The notes under the pieces were generated by a model, which did no database searches, had not been told where the DNA came from, and saw only the letters and a program-made list of their open reading frames with translations. A stretch of DNA of 56,160 nucleotides from Prorocentrum cordatum (Eukaryota): NCBI GenBank assembly GCA_963575745.1, contig CAUYUJ010000107.1, forward strand, positions 62,001 through 118,160, in the 5' to 3' direction. Position 1 is the stretch's first letter, and every line of letters starts with the position of its first letter. The translations under genes and the position numbers were made by a program. This document shows, piece by piece, positions 10,051 to 21,619 of this stretch.

Positions 10051-12245
10051 CGACGACGCCCTCATATACGAGGTCAGAGCTCAGCTTATCTCACTAGCCT
10101 TCATGTTAGGTCTCACACCGAGTTCTAACAAGGGAGGTTCCACCCTTCCCCCGAGATGCCGTCGTCGTGCCCTCTATCCCTCCCTGCCCTCCAGGGGGAG
10201 CTCAGTCGCCGTCGCTCCCCTCTCCTCCATCCGCCCCTCTCCGCAGGTGGTGCTCGGCGACCTGCTGTGTGGAGATGGCGGGCCCCCGCGGCAGGTTGAA
10301 GAAGGAACTGCGCTACAGCCCGACCTGCGATGACCTCGGAGTACGCGCGCCCGCTTACAGAGCGGTAGACGTTTTCTTGGGGAACCAGCGCTACTCAGAG
10401 GACCTGGACATGTGGTCCATCGGGTGCCTGATGGCGGAGTTGAACACGCGCAAGGTGTTGTTCCAACCACCAGAGCCTTGCGGCGCGCTCGGGCATCCTC
10501 CAGGGGGGCACCCGAAAGACTTCGTGGTTTTCTGCAGGGAGGTCATGGGGATCCCAGGCAAGGAGCCAGGGTCGGGAGCCTTCTACAATCACGAGGGCCA
10601 GGAACCCGCCCCGTGGCTGGAGAACTTGCCTTTCTTTGAGAAGTGGTTCAAGCGGTCGGGCGAGGATTGGCTAAAGGCTGAAACAGCGAAGGCACTCGAC
10701 GGCCGAGGACGCTGGCCCGTTGACGAACTTGCAGACTGCCCCCCAGACTTGTTGAAGGCCGCCGAGAGCTGCCTGCTTTGGCACCCTGGCGCCAGAGCGA
10801 CAATCAGTCGTCTAAGGGCTCGTCGCTTCCTGCAGCCGGCTGGCGCCCAGCTCGTCGCGCGCATCTCCATGGCGCAGGGAAAAAACGGCACGGGCACGAT
10901 AGCGGAGGCGGAGCTGGACCCAGACATGCTCCGCTTCTTGCAGAGAGACCCGTGCTGGCATAACTTGGCCGAGGAGCGCCTGGACACGGGGGCAACCGTC
11001 TCCAAATGCGTTTTTTGTGGTTGTGTTTTTTTGTTTGTTCGGATTTTGTTCTTTTTGGTGTTTTCTGTTGTTTTTCTTTGTTGTGTATTTTTTGTTTTGT
11101 GTACCCCCACACACACTTTTTGTTGTTTTTTTTTATTTGTCCTTTTGATGATCGTTTAGTTTGTGTGGTTCTGGTTGTTTGTGTTTGTTTTTTTGGTTTG
11201 TTTTTGTTTTTTTCTTTTTTTGGTTTTTGTTTTGTGTTTTTTTTTTTTGTTTTCTGTATCATGGTGTTGTTGTTTTTGTTGTTGTTGTTTTTGTATTTTT
11301 TGTCATTTTTGTTGTTTTTTGTCTTTTTTCTTATTTTTTTGTTTTTTGTTTGTTTTTTTTTCAAATTTTTCCGACTGGGGGACCCCCCCGAGGGCGAGCA
11401 AAGGGCTTGAAAACCCGAGCTGGGACGAGTGGCCGTGTGGGCAAGCCACGATGCCGCAGCCTCAACAAGGGCGGGAATTGCCCCCTCGCCCCACATGGCC
11501 GCCTTCGTGCGAGCGCTGCGGAAGAAGATGCGCCCGTGGCTGCAACAGCTGGGAGACAAAATGCGCGAGGCTGTCAAAGCCGACGGTATGCCACCTGCCA
11601 TCGTCGAGCAGAACGGAAAGCCCATCATGACAGAGCACTTCGCCGACAACGCGTTCGCGTACGCATCGATCCAGCTCATGCAACCAGGCGCGCGGGACGA
11701 TGGTTGGCACACAGATGGCGGATGCTCCCTGTTGCACGCGGCCGTGACGATTTTCGGGACGCGCTCCGTGCAAGTGAGGATCCCAGGGGTCCTGGGAGCA
11801 CATGATGGGGCGTCACCCTCGAGCACGGCCACCTGCGGAAGGGTCGTCACCCTCGAGCAAAAGCCTGGGTCCTTCTACATGGGCACCCTGTCCTCCCTCG
11901 AGCACAACGTGCACCACCACGCCTCCGCGGACTGCCAGGAAGGTTTCGCGACCCACCACGAGCTGCAACAGCGCGTAGACGACAGCAGGCTGCAGATCGC
12001 CGTCATGATCCGCTCCGACGTCTTTCGGGAGTTCAGGGCGCGCAGGATCGACGCCACGCCTGGCCCGGACGAAGGAGTTCTTCAACGTTGTGAACCACGT
12101 CGTGGCCGATCACCTGGCGCGGGTCCCCGTGGCGCTGCCCGACCTCACGGGGGTGTTTGACGAAATGCGGTGGCCCGACCTCGCGGAGGTGCTTGACGAA
12201 ATGGGGTTTTCCGATTAGTACTCAGCACGGCCCGCGCAGTCCGAA

Positions 12246-12515
12246 ATCATCATCTTCATCGCCATCATCATCGCAATCATCGACTTCATCATCATCGTCA
12301 TCATCATCATCAGCATCAACATGTTCACGCCGCCATCATCGTCATGCGGGTCTTGATTTAATCATCATCATCGCTACATGATGATGACGATGACGAGGAG
12401 ATGTTGATCGATATTATGATGATGACGATGATGAGGAGATGGTGATGATGATGGCGATGACGCGGACGATGATGAATATCATGACGACGATGATGACGAT
12501 GATGATGAAAATGAT
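12246..12515. repeat. Head-to-head (ATC)n / (GAT)n degenerate microsatellite, fold-back
   Basis: ATC-type tract 12246-12375 followed by the complementary GAT-type tract 12378-12515. Confidence 0.85.
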
Positions 12516-13832
12516 GCAAAAACAGGTGGAGTCGGTTGAGTCCGAAAACTTCGCCTTAAATCAAGCCAGCTTAGCACTTCAGATCTGGACCAGATCGCGG
12601 CCGCTCTAAATCCTGAGCAGGTGGAGCAGTTGGCGGACAGACTGTACCAGCAAGACCCTTGGGCCGCTGGCCAGGGAGCCATGTCCGCCATGGTGACGCG
12701 TAATCGTCAGGCCATGCAGGGAAACTTGCCCGTCAATGGACTCAGCAATCATGTGCCCGAACCGCAGTGAGACCCGCAGACGTTCGGCCGCATCTTCGGA
12801 GAGCCTGCTCGATTTGAGCAGATGCCTGGGAGCCCCTCGCATAGCATGCACACACCGAGGGGCATGACCCCAGTGGCGACGCCACCAGCACAGTCTCCGT
12901 TTGGGACTCCTGGTCGCTCTGCCACGAATGGCACTCTCATGGAGAGGATCGCCGCGGCCAGAGCTGATCATGGCACAGCTCTCCTGAACATGATGCCACC
13001 CGGCACGCCAACGAGTCAGCAGGGAAACCTGCCCGGCACTCCAATTCACCACCGACCATTTGCTGGCCAAACTAATGTTGCTGGAGTGCCTGGTGACTAC
13101 CGTGCAAGGGTGGCAGCTGCGGTGCAACAGGTGCAGAGTCACAACCTGCCCCACCCGAGTGGTCAGAGGTGGAGGCCGGCCTGGTCCTGGGAGCCAGAAG
13201 GTCCCAATCCACGGGATCCTGCTCGGCAACGAGCCTTCATCCCAGCCTTCAATGCTCACCCGAGCATGGCCCAGGGGCAGAGGCCAGCGCCAGCACGCAT
13301 GGATCCGCCACTGTACCCTGATGGGTCTAGAGTCCCGAACAGGTTTGTTCGCGAGACGGCGGATCAGTTTCATAGCCTCACGAATGTGCGCTGCAGTGAT
13401 CAGTCCATGTATCCGCACATGGCCTTCATGCCCGCGCCGACAACGCCAGAGGTGGCCGTCCAACCCACTGCCCATTCGATATCATCAGGCAGTAGGGGAG
13501 TGCCTGACTATATCAGGCAGACGTACCACTCTCAACAGGCGTGTTTCAGGCGCAGGCAGGCCGTGCAGAGCGTACGTGACCAATCACGTGCAGCTGCACT
13601 TGAGGTCGTGAGGAACAGAGGCTCACCCACGCGAGGAAACTCGCCCGCTGTGACGCCTGCTGCCTCCGCAACGGCAGTTCCTCCAGCAGTGGCTGCCGTA
13701 GCGCCGGAGGTGCTAGCTCCCGCAGGGGATCCTCCAGCGGCCTTCGTGGACTCCGAAACGGTCCTGGAGAGACAGCGGCGGGTGCACCCCAGAGCGGCAG
13801 ATGTGGAAGTATTCGCTGGGATGGAAGACACC

Positions 13833-13989
13833 TGCGCGGTATGCCTCGAGGAGTTTCAGCCGAGGGCAAGCGTTTACCGCTTGAGGTGTAACCACCTATT
13901 CCACGAGGAGTGCTGGAACTCGAATGTGGTGGGCCATGTTGCCAATCAGCGTGAGGGAGACCCTCAGCAACCACCATGTGCTATCTGCC
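13833..13989 (+). pseudogene. RING-H2 zinc finger within the retrotransposon polyprotein
   Basis: CAVC-x14-CNHLFHEEC-x21-CAIC fits the C3H2C3 spacing. Confidence 0.9.
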
Positions 13990-14849
13990 GAGCGCCTGGC
14001 ATTATAGCGTCGTCATTTCCATGGACCGGCTCCTACACTCAGGCTCCTGAGCAAGCAGCGAGGGAGCTGCGGGAGTTGAGGAGCATGGTGGAGGAGATGA
14101 CAGCCAGGATGCTGGACAGGCAGACAGCTCAGCCCCAGCAGCAGGGAAACCTGCCGGAGGAGGTGAGGCCGCCGATGGAGACGGGATACTTCGACCAGCT
14201 TATCCCGACGACGGCGCCTCAGCAGGGAAACCTGCCTAACACTGCACTTGTCAGACAGGTGGCCCCTCAAATGTCTCCCCAGAGTGGGGGCGGGGCAGAG
14301 TTGGCACTGGGCCCTGAACAGCTGCGTGAACTGCGTGTTCGCCATTTCCAGACCCAGATGGACAATGCGCACACAACGTTCATGCTGGACGCCGACAATC
14401 CTGAGACTGAGAGTGCTTCGTTTGATATCTCAGATTCCTCAGTGGCGACAGCGGCAACAGCAGTCGGGGCCGTCGAGCTCTCAGCCACGAACAAGGAGTT
14501 CGATGAGTGGTTGCAGTACAGGGGCCACCTCACGAATGAGGGGCTGCAGGACATCCCTTCATTCGTACTTGACGCTGACGAGTCGCACTACCCGCGAGCA
14601 GTATACGAGCATACGTGACGAGTATGCCAACTGGCGGGAGGAGCAGGGCGCTCAGGCTCAGAACGTGTCGTACTTCCAGTACATCGACCTGGCACGTATG
14701 GCCGAAGGCAGGCCGGGTGCCAGCACAATGCGGGGAAACCCGCCAGGGAGTACGACCGAATTGCGGGGAAACCCGCCAGATGGCCCAGCTGGCACTTCAG
14801 AAACAGTGCACATCAAGCAGCCTAGTAAGACCTTCCTGGAAGATGGCGG

Positions 14850-15290
14850 AAACTCTATCCTCATCGATGTAGGCTCTAAGACCTACACAATGGGAGGAAA
14901 TACGAGCCGCAAGTTTGTCCAGGCTGCTGAGGCACATGGTCGTTCTTGTACGTTTGAACCCCGTTCTCGTCTGAACATCAACGGGGTGGGCGAGGGGTCG
15001 GCCCCAGCTGATAGCGCGGGCACTTTCAGCATTGCCTGCGAGTGCCAGGGCACGACCCAGCTCGACTCGTACAAGGCGAACATTGTGTCAGGCTGTGGCA
15101 AGGACCTGCCGGCAATCCTGGGCCTCGACAGTATGCAGGACAAGCGCACTATTATTGTGCTCGAACGAGGCCAGGAGAAGCTGATATTCCTTGGGAAGGG
15201 ACAGGTCAAGATGGAACTCCCCGAGGGCTCCAAGATCATGCCGACGACGAAGTTGCCATCAGGGCATCTGTCAATCAGGTGTGATCGATT
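14850..15290 (+). pseudogene. Retroviral-type aspartic protease
   Basis: ILIDVGSK (variant D-[TS]-G), flap INGVGEG and ILGLD motifs. Confidence 0.8.
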
Positions 15291-15849
15291 CGGAGCTGCG
15301 GGGCAACCCGCCTCGAGCGCAAGCAGCACGTCGTTTCAGACGGTGCTGACAGGCGAGCCGACCCCGGTGCAAGAGCGCCAACAATTGTAGGGAAACCTGC
15401 CTCAGGGGTTGCTGGAGACGCTCGCTAAAGCGACGATGAGAGGCGACAGCGTCGACGATCTGGAGACGTTCGATTGCTTCGTAGCCAGAACACTGGCCCA
15501 GCATGGTGGACGTGTACCCATGGACGCTGCACGGCCCCGCCGGAAGATAGTGATGGGGTACGCGAACCATGAGCTGCAGACGGTCAACGACGCGAGGTCG
15601 AAAGGCCTACTAAAGCAGCTAATGGACAATCCATCCATGCTGGCTACGTCTGCGGAGCAATCCGCCTCTGAGGCCACAGCGCGCTGCAGTGCTGAGCTCC
15701 AGCCTCTGAGGGAAGCCCAGGTGCTGGCAGACGTTGCAGGCGCATCTTCTTTATCTTGAAAACGGCAGGGCGACGCTGCCCCCTCGTCGTCTTGCCTGAT
15801 GGCCGAAAGGCCCGGGGGTAACAAGGACAGCGGGGCAACCTGCCTTAGC

Positions 15850-16400
15850 AAAAGAGCTTTTGTCATTGGAGATACGAGAGAGGCTTGCGCCGACCTCCGC
15901 ACCCGAGGTTATATCTGTGATCGCATTTCCACAACGAGCTTATGACGACTGTGGGCACAGATTACCTGGGTGCGGTGATCAGTGGAGATTACACTCTAAT
16001 ATGGATTAGTACCCCGGGTAAAGAGTGGCCCCACACTGGTCACGTATCCAAAACCTTTTGATGAAAGCCAGGAAGCTCCGTATGAAAATCATAATGTTTG
16101 GTCCCCCAGGATACGTTTGGAAGTTATCCCCAGTACGTGATACTCTGGAAGATCTCAAGTCGACAGTGATACGGATGCGTTTGTGTCATTTCAGTATTCG
16201 GTTCAACATGCAAGACAGTACACCGAGTGGTACCTATATGCAGGTAGCAACAACAATACCGATCAGCTCTAAGTTGTGGGCATGTACGTGCAAATTGGCG
16301 ATACCACAACATGTGTTGGATTGTTACGGCCAAGCGGCACGACATGCTGAATGGCGAGCTCAGACACGCACCACACTCATCCGTCACCTTAACGACAAAA
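15850..16400 (+). pseudogene. Highly degenerate C5-methyltransferase-like domain 1
   Basis: Across frameshifts: LIWISTP / IIMFGPPGYVW / RMRLCHFS / CTC..H. These are colinear with the LQPSC / FIREQPTGTW / RIDQCATG / CNGQH motifs of the downstream domain. Confidence 0.45.
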
Positions 16401-17074
16401 TTCTGGGAAGCAACACCACGCACGGAAACGTGCCGATATACCTGAACTTATACACGTACGGACCACAACATCCATCACTATGTGACGACCAACAAAGGAG
16501 GACCGAAATGGTTTGATGTTATCCGACGTGTAACAATCAACTTGGATACCAATACGGTTATTCAGGATATTGCAGTAGCCGATCCACCAACAGGATATGA
16601 TTGGCATGCACCACTACCTGCAGGGGTTGCCAACATCAGCACACGGTTGTACTGGCAACCCGAGGAACCGGTCTTGCTCGGAAACGAGCCTACTCAATCA
16701 CCACAGAAACCTAAACGCGTCATCATAGATGACTGTCTATCCCCCCATCCCGACTCTGGCGATTGACGCATGTACCCACTCAACAACGACGGTGGGCACG
16801 CAGACCGCTGAACAAGACGAGCAAGTCTTACCTACGGAGTCGCGTATCAAACAGAAGGAAAGGCTCAAAGCCGAAAAGGAAGCAGGCATCAAGCCTCGCC
16901 GCATCAAAAAGCACGTTGAAGACGGAAACGACGATTGCGGTGACGACTTGTCGGGACTCGGACAGGATCTCATGGCGACCTGGAGCACTGACGTCCCTGT
17001 TGAGCTGATAAGCTCCGATGAGGATGATGACCTGTTCCTTACCCTCCCCACATCTATGCCCGACACACACGCTG

Positions 17075-17110
<36 letters not shown>

Positions 17111-17139
17111 TAGTAGCTACTCTATGCTATGGTCACAAT

Positions 17140-17780
17140 TAACTGCGTGGATATGTTGGAGCTTTGTGGAGGTGAGGGTGGCATTTCAGAGCTTGCCTTC
17201 TCAAGGGGTCTCTCCTCAGGAGGCAACTTAGACAAGACTACATGCGTCGACCTGGGAGATCCCTCGGTGCAGCGAGCTGTAGATCATTACTTCGCAATAT
17301 GCTACGTACGAGTTGCCATGCTGCAGCCCAGTTGCCGCGCCACAGGACCACCATCCTACTACAACTACAAAGTCAATCACAATGCTTGGGAACAGCACCA
17401 TACATAAGATTTACCACACATAAATTATTGTGGTAAAATTGCTGTCGTTCAAGATAACGCACGGAGGTGGTTTATACGCGAACAACCCACAGGAACATGG
17501 GTGGATGAGATTTCCCCATGGAAAGAACTTGCCAACCGACCACATATCACAACCGTACGCATTGATCAATGTGCGACGGGACTTAAAGATACGGCTGGTG
17601 ACTATGTCAAGAAGCCGACAAATATCACCAGCAACGACGAGACGATTCTTAAACACTTCGAGCGACTCAAATGCAACGGTCAGCATGCGCACGCACAACC
17701 ATGCAACAGAGAGTTTTCACTGGCACAAAAATACACTCGACGACTGCAGTCTGCCTTTGTGGAAGCCGTCTATTTGGCGA
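17140..17780 (+). pseudogene. C5 cytosine DNA methyltransferase-like domain 2
   Basis: Motif I-like DMLELCGGEGG (17150), LD...DL, motif IV-like LQPSC (17321-17335), motif VI-like FIREQP (~17480), DQCATG, KKPT, C-H-H, AQKY. One in-frame TAA at 17405 separates the two listed ORFs. Confidence 0.7.
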
Positions 17781-18549
17781 AAGCCATTGACGCTACGCGC
17801 GGAGACGCGCCTACACGCACTGCGCATGCTTACCCTACTGACCTTCCTGATCAAGCTGAACCAGGAGAAGGCATGAGACGCATCGGCGATCGTATCATCC
17901 CAAAAGTGGCTACATGCCCAGCATGCATCGACAATGTCCGAAAGGACAGTCCTAGCCATAACAGAGACCCCACACAGTGTAAGTATCATGACTCTATCTC
18001 TGTATACTGGCCATGTCCTGCATGCCAAAGGGATCTTACGATAAGCAAGGGTGTTAAGAACCACCTCGATACTGAACCCGGTAAATGTCGTTTTGCTGAA
18101 CCGTTCAAACTTCCAGATGATCATGATCCCGAAGGCAAGAATGTGCCAGCTTGGTGGAAACCCTTACCCAAACCTGGTGAGGGCCAAGCTTCCGCATCAG
18201 GTGGCCGTCAAGGCGCTCACGCCAGGCCACCACGACCACGATCTTTTGGGAACGCTGATCCTACATCTGGTGCCAGCAGTCACGACATTCTACGAGACGC
18301 GCCCGAGCGTGGAAACACGCCTTCTGCGTCTTCTGGCGAGCCGCCACAGGTAGCGGCCCGCCGCGGCCGCCTACAAGGCATACCACCACCGCCAGATGCA
18401 GTTGACGAAGGAGACCGACTGCGGAGAGCTACAAGGAACCCTCTTGCCTCAACCGGCTCGGGGGCTCCACGACTACCCGACTGGACGAGATTTGATATCC
18501 AACGCAGTCTGCAAAATCTCCGTAGTCACGAACCTCATGTCGTTAAAAA

Positions 18550-19330
18550 GGAACTCCGTAAACTGCACCTACGGTGGCATCATGCGAAGGAACCCAAGAT
18601 GAGGCTAATCCTAGACAAAGTGGGACTGGACAACGTTCGACTAAATATGATCAAAGAAGCTTGTGACACCTGTCGGGAATGTAGAGCATGAGAGCGTCCA
18701 GGAAATGCAACGCTAACTTCGGTAAGCCTTCCTGGAAATTGGCTCGATGAAGGTGAAATCGATCTCATATTTTACAAGAAACGAACCGTATTTCACATTA
18801 TGGACCGTTGTATTCGCCTGGCAGCAGGCCGAGAGATTTCCGACAGAGAACGTGACACTATACTCGACGCCTACCGCTATTGCGAGATTGCCTATCATGG
18901 ACCCTTCAAAGTCTTGCACTCAGATGGAGAAGGCGCCCTGGACAATGACACTGCCAAGGCCATGATGGCGAACAAGGGTACAACACTCCGTATCCGAGCG
19001 CCTGGCCAACGCGCGATTTCGATCGAGTCACGCAACGGTATTATCAGGGGCGTCTTCCACATGATTGAGGAAGAGCTGAACAGACACAACATCCCTGTTG
19101 TATTTACTAGAGTGTTGGCTGAAGGCATCTTCGTCACTAACGCCTGCACGTTATACGACGGAGTCTCGCCATACCAAGCACACACTGGACGACAGCCCTC
19201 CTTTCTTCCTGACCTCGACACCCTTGACTTTCCTAAGGGGCCCGAGACGTCAGGTCACGAACGAGAACGTCGTGTGAGGGAAGTTAGCCTAGAAGCAATA
19301 ACTCAAGCCACGGCTGTGGCCAAGACAAAT
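18550..19330 (+). pseudogene. Integrase (HHCC + DDE)
   Basis: LHLRWHH...CDTCREC; EIDL (18761), LHSDGEG (18923), IESRNG (19025), GVSPYQ. TGA at 18689 sits where the paralogous relic has Trp. Confidence 0.9.
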
Positions 19331-20427
19331 CGTGCTCTCAGGGCTAAAACGGCTCCAGATGGTGCTCGCCTTTACTCAGCAGGGGATCTGGTCGACTACT
19401 ATCGACCTACTGCCACTAAGGACGATCATGGAGGCTGGAATGGCCCATTTCCTGTGATCCGTAACGTGCCTGAAAGAGGACACATCGTCGTCAAGGCAGG
19501 AACTCGTGAGGTAATTGTAATGTATCCTGATGCTCGTCACACGCTATACATTGAATGCCTCCTTACACGGGAACTTGGCATGGACAACATGGCCATGCAA
19601 ACCGCCCTTACATATGTGGCACACCTCGGCGCAGGGAAACCTGCCAAAGTCTTCGGCTACATTCCAGACTATAAGGGAAACCTCAATCTTTCAGACGACA
19701 GCAAGTTTCACCCGCGCGTACATATTGCACCACAGTATCTCTTGCGAAATTATTTCCGAGTTGAACATGTAGTAGCAGTTAGATTGGCCAAGAGTGTGTC
19801 CTATCTACCTGCAGTAAAGTACGCTACCGGGTCTACGCTGATCCACAACGATAACGACGTCAACCCAGCCTTCCACTATTATGAGTGCGTGGGCACTGGC
19901 CTGAACATTTCTCAAATCACTGGTAGCACTCACTCCAGACTCATCCAATGCTTGACGTCACATGTTCCTTCTTTAGGATTTCATGACGACCTGGCCAAGT
20001 ATCAGCACTCGGGCACCACGTCTGGAGAACACGACCCGCCTGGAAACAGGCCTCCACCAGACACCCCAGGTGCTTCATCACCAAGTGAAGGCCGTCTGTC
20101 TACAATCTACGAAGGAAACGAGGAACATGATATAGAAACCATGATGCTGGAGGAGTGGTACGATGAGTTACGTGTGGACCATCATCCCACAACGAACACC
20201 GACGATCATCTCTACTGCGTCCCAACAACTATGCTGCCCGACCAATGTGTTCTGGTTTCAGCATCCGTGGACGAAGAAGATATCGTAGTGTCGGAAACGC
20301 TCGGAGACGAGCCTGAACCACAAGAGCCCTGTCTTGTCTCTCTCTATGCTCAACTACACCTGATGAGGGTTATTCTCTTGACAGTGATGAACACGGTCCT
20401 TATGTTGAGTTCTGTTTTACACCAGAA

Positions 20428-21528
20428 ATGTCAAAGGTAGTGTTGGATCAGACTCAACTTGCACAGCTCGACACTGGTACCGTCGCAACGATGAGAGTAT
20501 ACGTATCCTCGGCTGCTAAACGTGCTGTGGTAGTTAAGGAAGACGACCTATTCACCAAAGCCGACATAGCAGCACACCCTAAAGAGGTTAGTGAATCTTT
20601 GTACACCGAACTCAATATCTGGCTTGATAGCAGGTGCTTTGAGATGTATGACCTATCTAAAGCTTCCAACATCATGACATCCAGATATGTATATAAGTGG
20701 AAGTGTGTGAAGGTAGGTACCGAGAACGTTAAAAACATCCGTCTCAGACTTGTCCTTCGTGGATTTATGGACACTGAGGCGTTCGATGTGGAAACCTTCT
20801 CAGGAACTGCTCGAAGGCAGTCCCAGAGGCTCTTGGCAAGTGAGGCGGCATGCCATCCAGAGTGGGTCTTAGCATCCATGGATATCGACAAAGCGTTCCT
20901 CAAGGGTTTGACCTATGAGGAACTTGCTCATGCCACCGGCGAGGAAACTCGCATGGTTTGCTTCACTCTTCCACCAGGAAGCGCCCAGGTACTTCGTACA
21001 CTGCCCGGCTTCTCGCCCTACGATGAAAGCCGACGCTGCCTCAGGTGCCTCAAGCCAGGGACGGGTGCAAAGGACGCCCCAAGAGCGTTCCCCCTCAAGC
21101 TTCGTACGACCACACGAGCTATAGGCCTCGCACCGACAAGTTATGATCCTGAGTTTGAATTCAGTCAAGATCTGTTAACAGCAAAACATGTCGACGACAT
21201 CAATATGACAGGCCTAGAGAAAAATATGGACGACTATGTACAACGTGTCGAAAAGGTGTTTGGTAAATGCAAGCTTAACAAACATTCCTATGCAAACTGC
21301 TCCGTTCGCTACACCAAGAATGACCAAGGGGATGTGATCATGGATCAGGACGAGTACATTAAACAACTACGTCCTATCACACGCCCCGAACTCACAGGAG
21401 CGGCGGCCGACGCCAAAGCCACCAAACTCATCGCCGACATGTTTGTCAGCCTGCGAGGGGCCCTCGCCTATGCCCTTCTTACTCAAGTCTGGCTTATGGT
21501 GTATGGGGTCTCTCTTCAGAAAGTCTAA
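20428..21528 (+). pseudogene. Copia-type reverse transcriptase (RVT_2)
   Basis: SRYVYKWK, RLRLVLRGF, DIDKAFLKG, GAKDAPRAF, KHVDD, DQDEYI. Confidence 0.95.
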
Positions 21529-21619
21529 GAGCCCGCCAACCTACAAGTCAGGCGACTGAATGCTGTGACGCGAAAGCTGATCAGCAGCCCGAAACGCATC
21601 ACCTTCCCTCGGATGAAAC

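Larger units (their letters stand above)
9491..10246 (+). other. GC-AG intron of the kinase gene
   Basis: Exon ends TCCTTCGAG|GC; a pyrimidine tract precedes CCGCAG|GTG. Removal joins QIPSSFE to VVLGDL in frame and places the DFG-equivalent correctly. GC donors and AG|G acceptors are typical of dinoflagellates. Confidence 0.85.
8172..12218 (+). pseudogene. Disrupted (or mis-assembled) Ser/Thr kinase, CMGC-like, with C-terminal 2OG-Fe(II) dioxygenase domain; one intron
   Basis: Kinase motifs in order: GQGSFGKVY (~8805), AIK, DE, HCDIKPAN (~9323), VVLGDL[G] (10247), PAYRAVDVFLG, DMWSIGC, CLLWHPGARAT. Then WHTDGG (11708), GTRSVQV, PGSFYMG, EHNV (11903), QIAVMIR; final stop at 12216-12218. Frameshifts near 8500, 8585, 10265, 11400-11490 and 12068, plus poly-T and T-rich interruptions. 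Confidence 0.85.

Noticed and set aside
12537..18691. UGA=Trp alternative genetic code
   Set aside because: TAA/TAG stops and frameshifts also occur in the element, TGG is used normally, and the intact ORF 4462-7590 ends in TGA.
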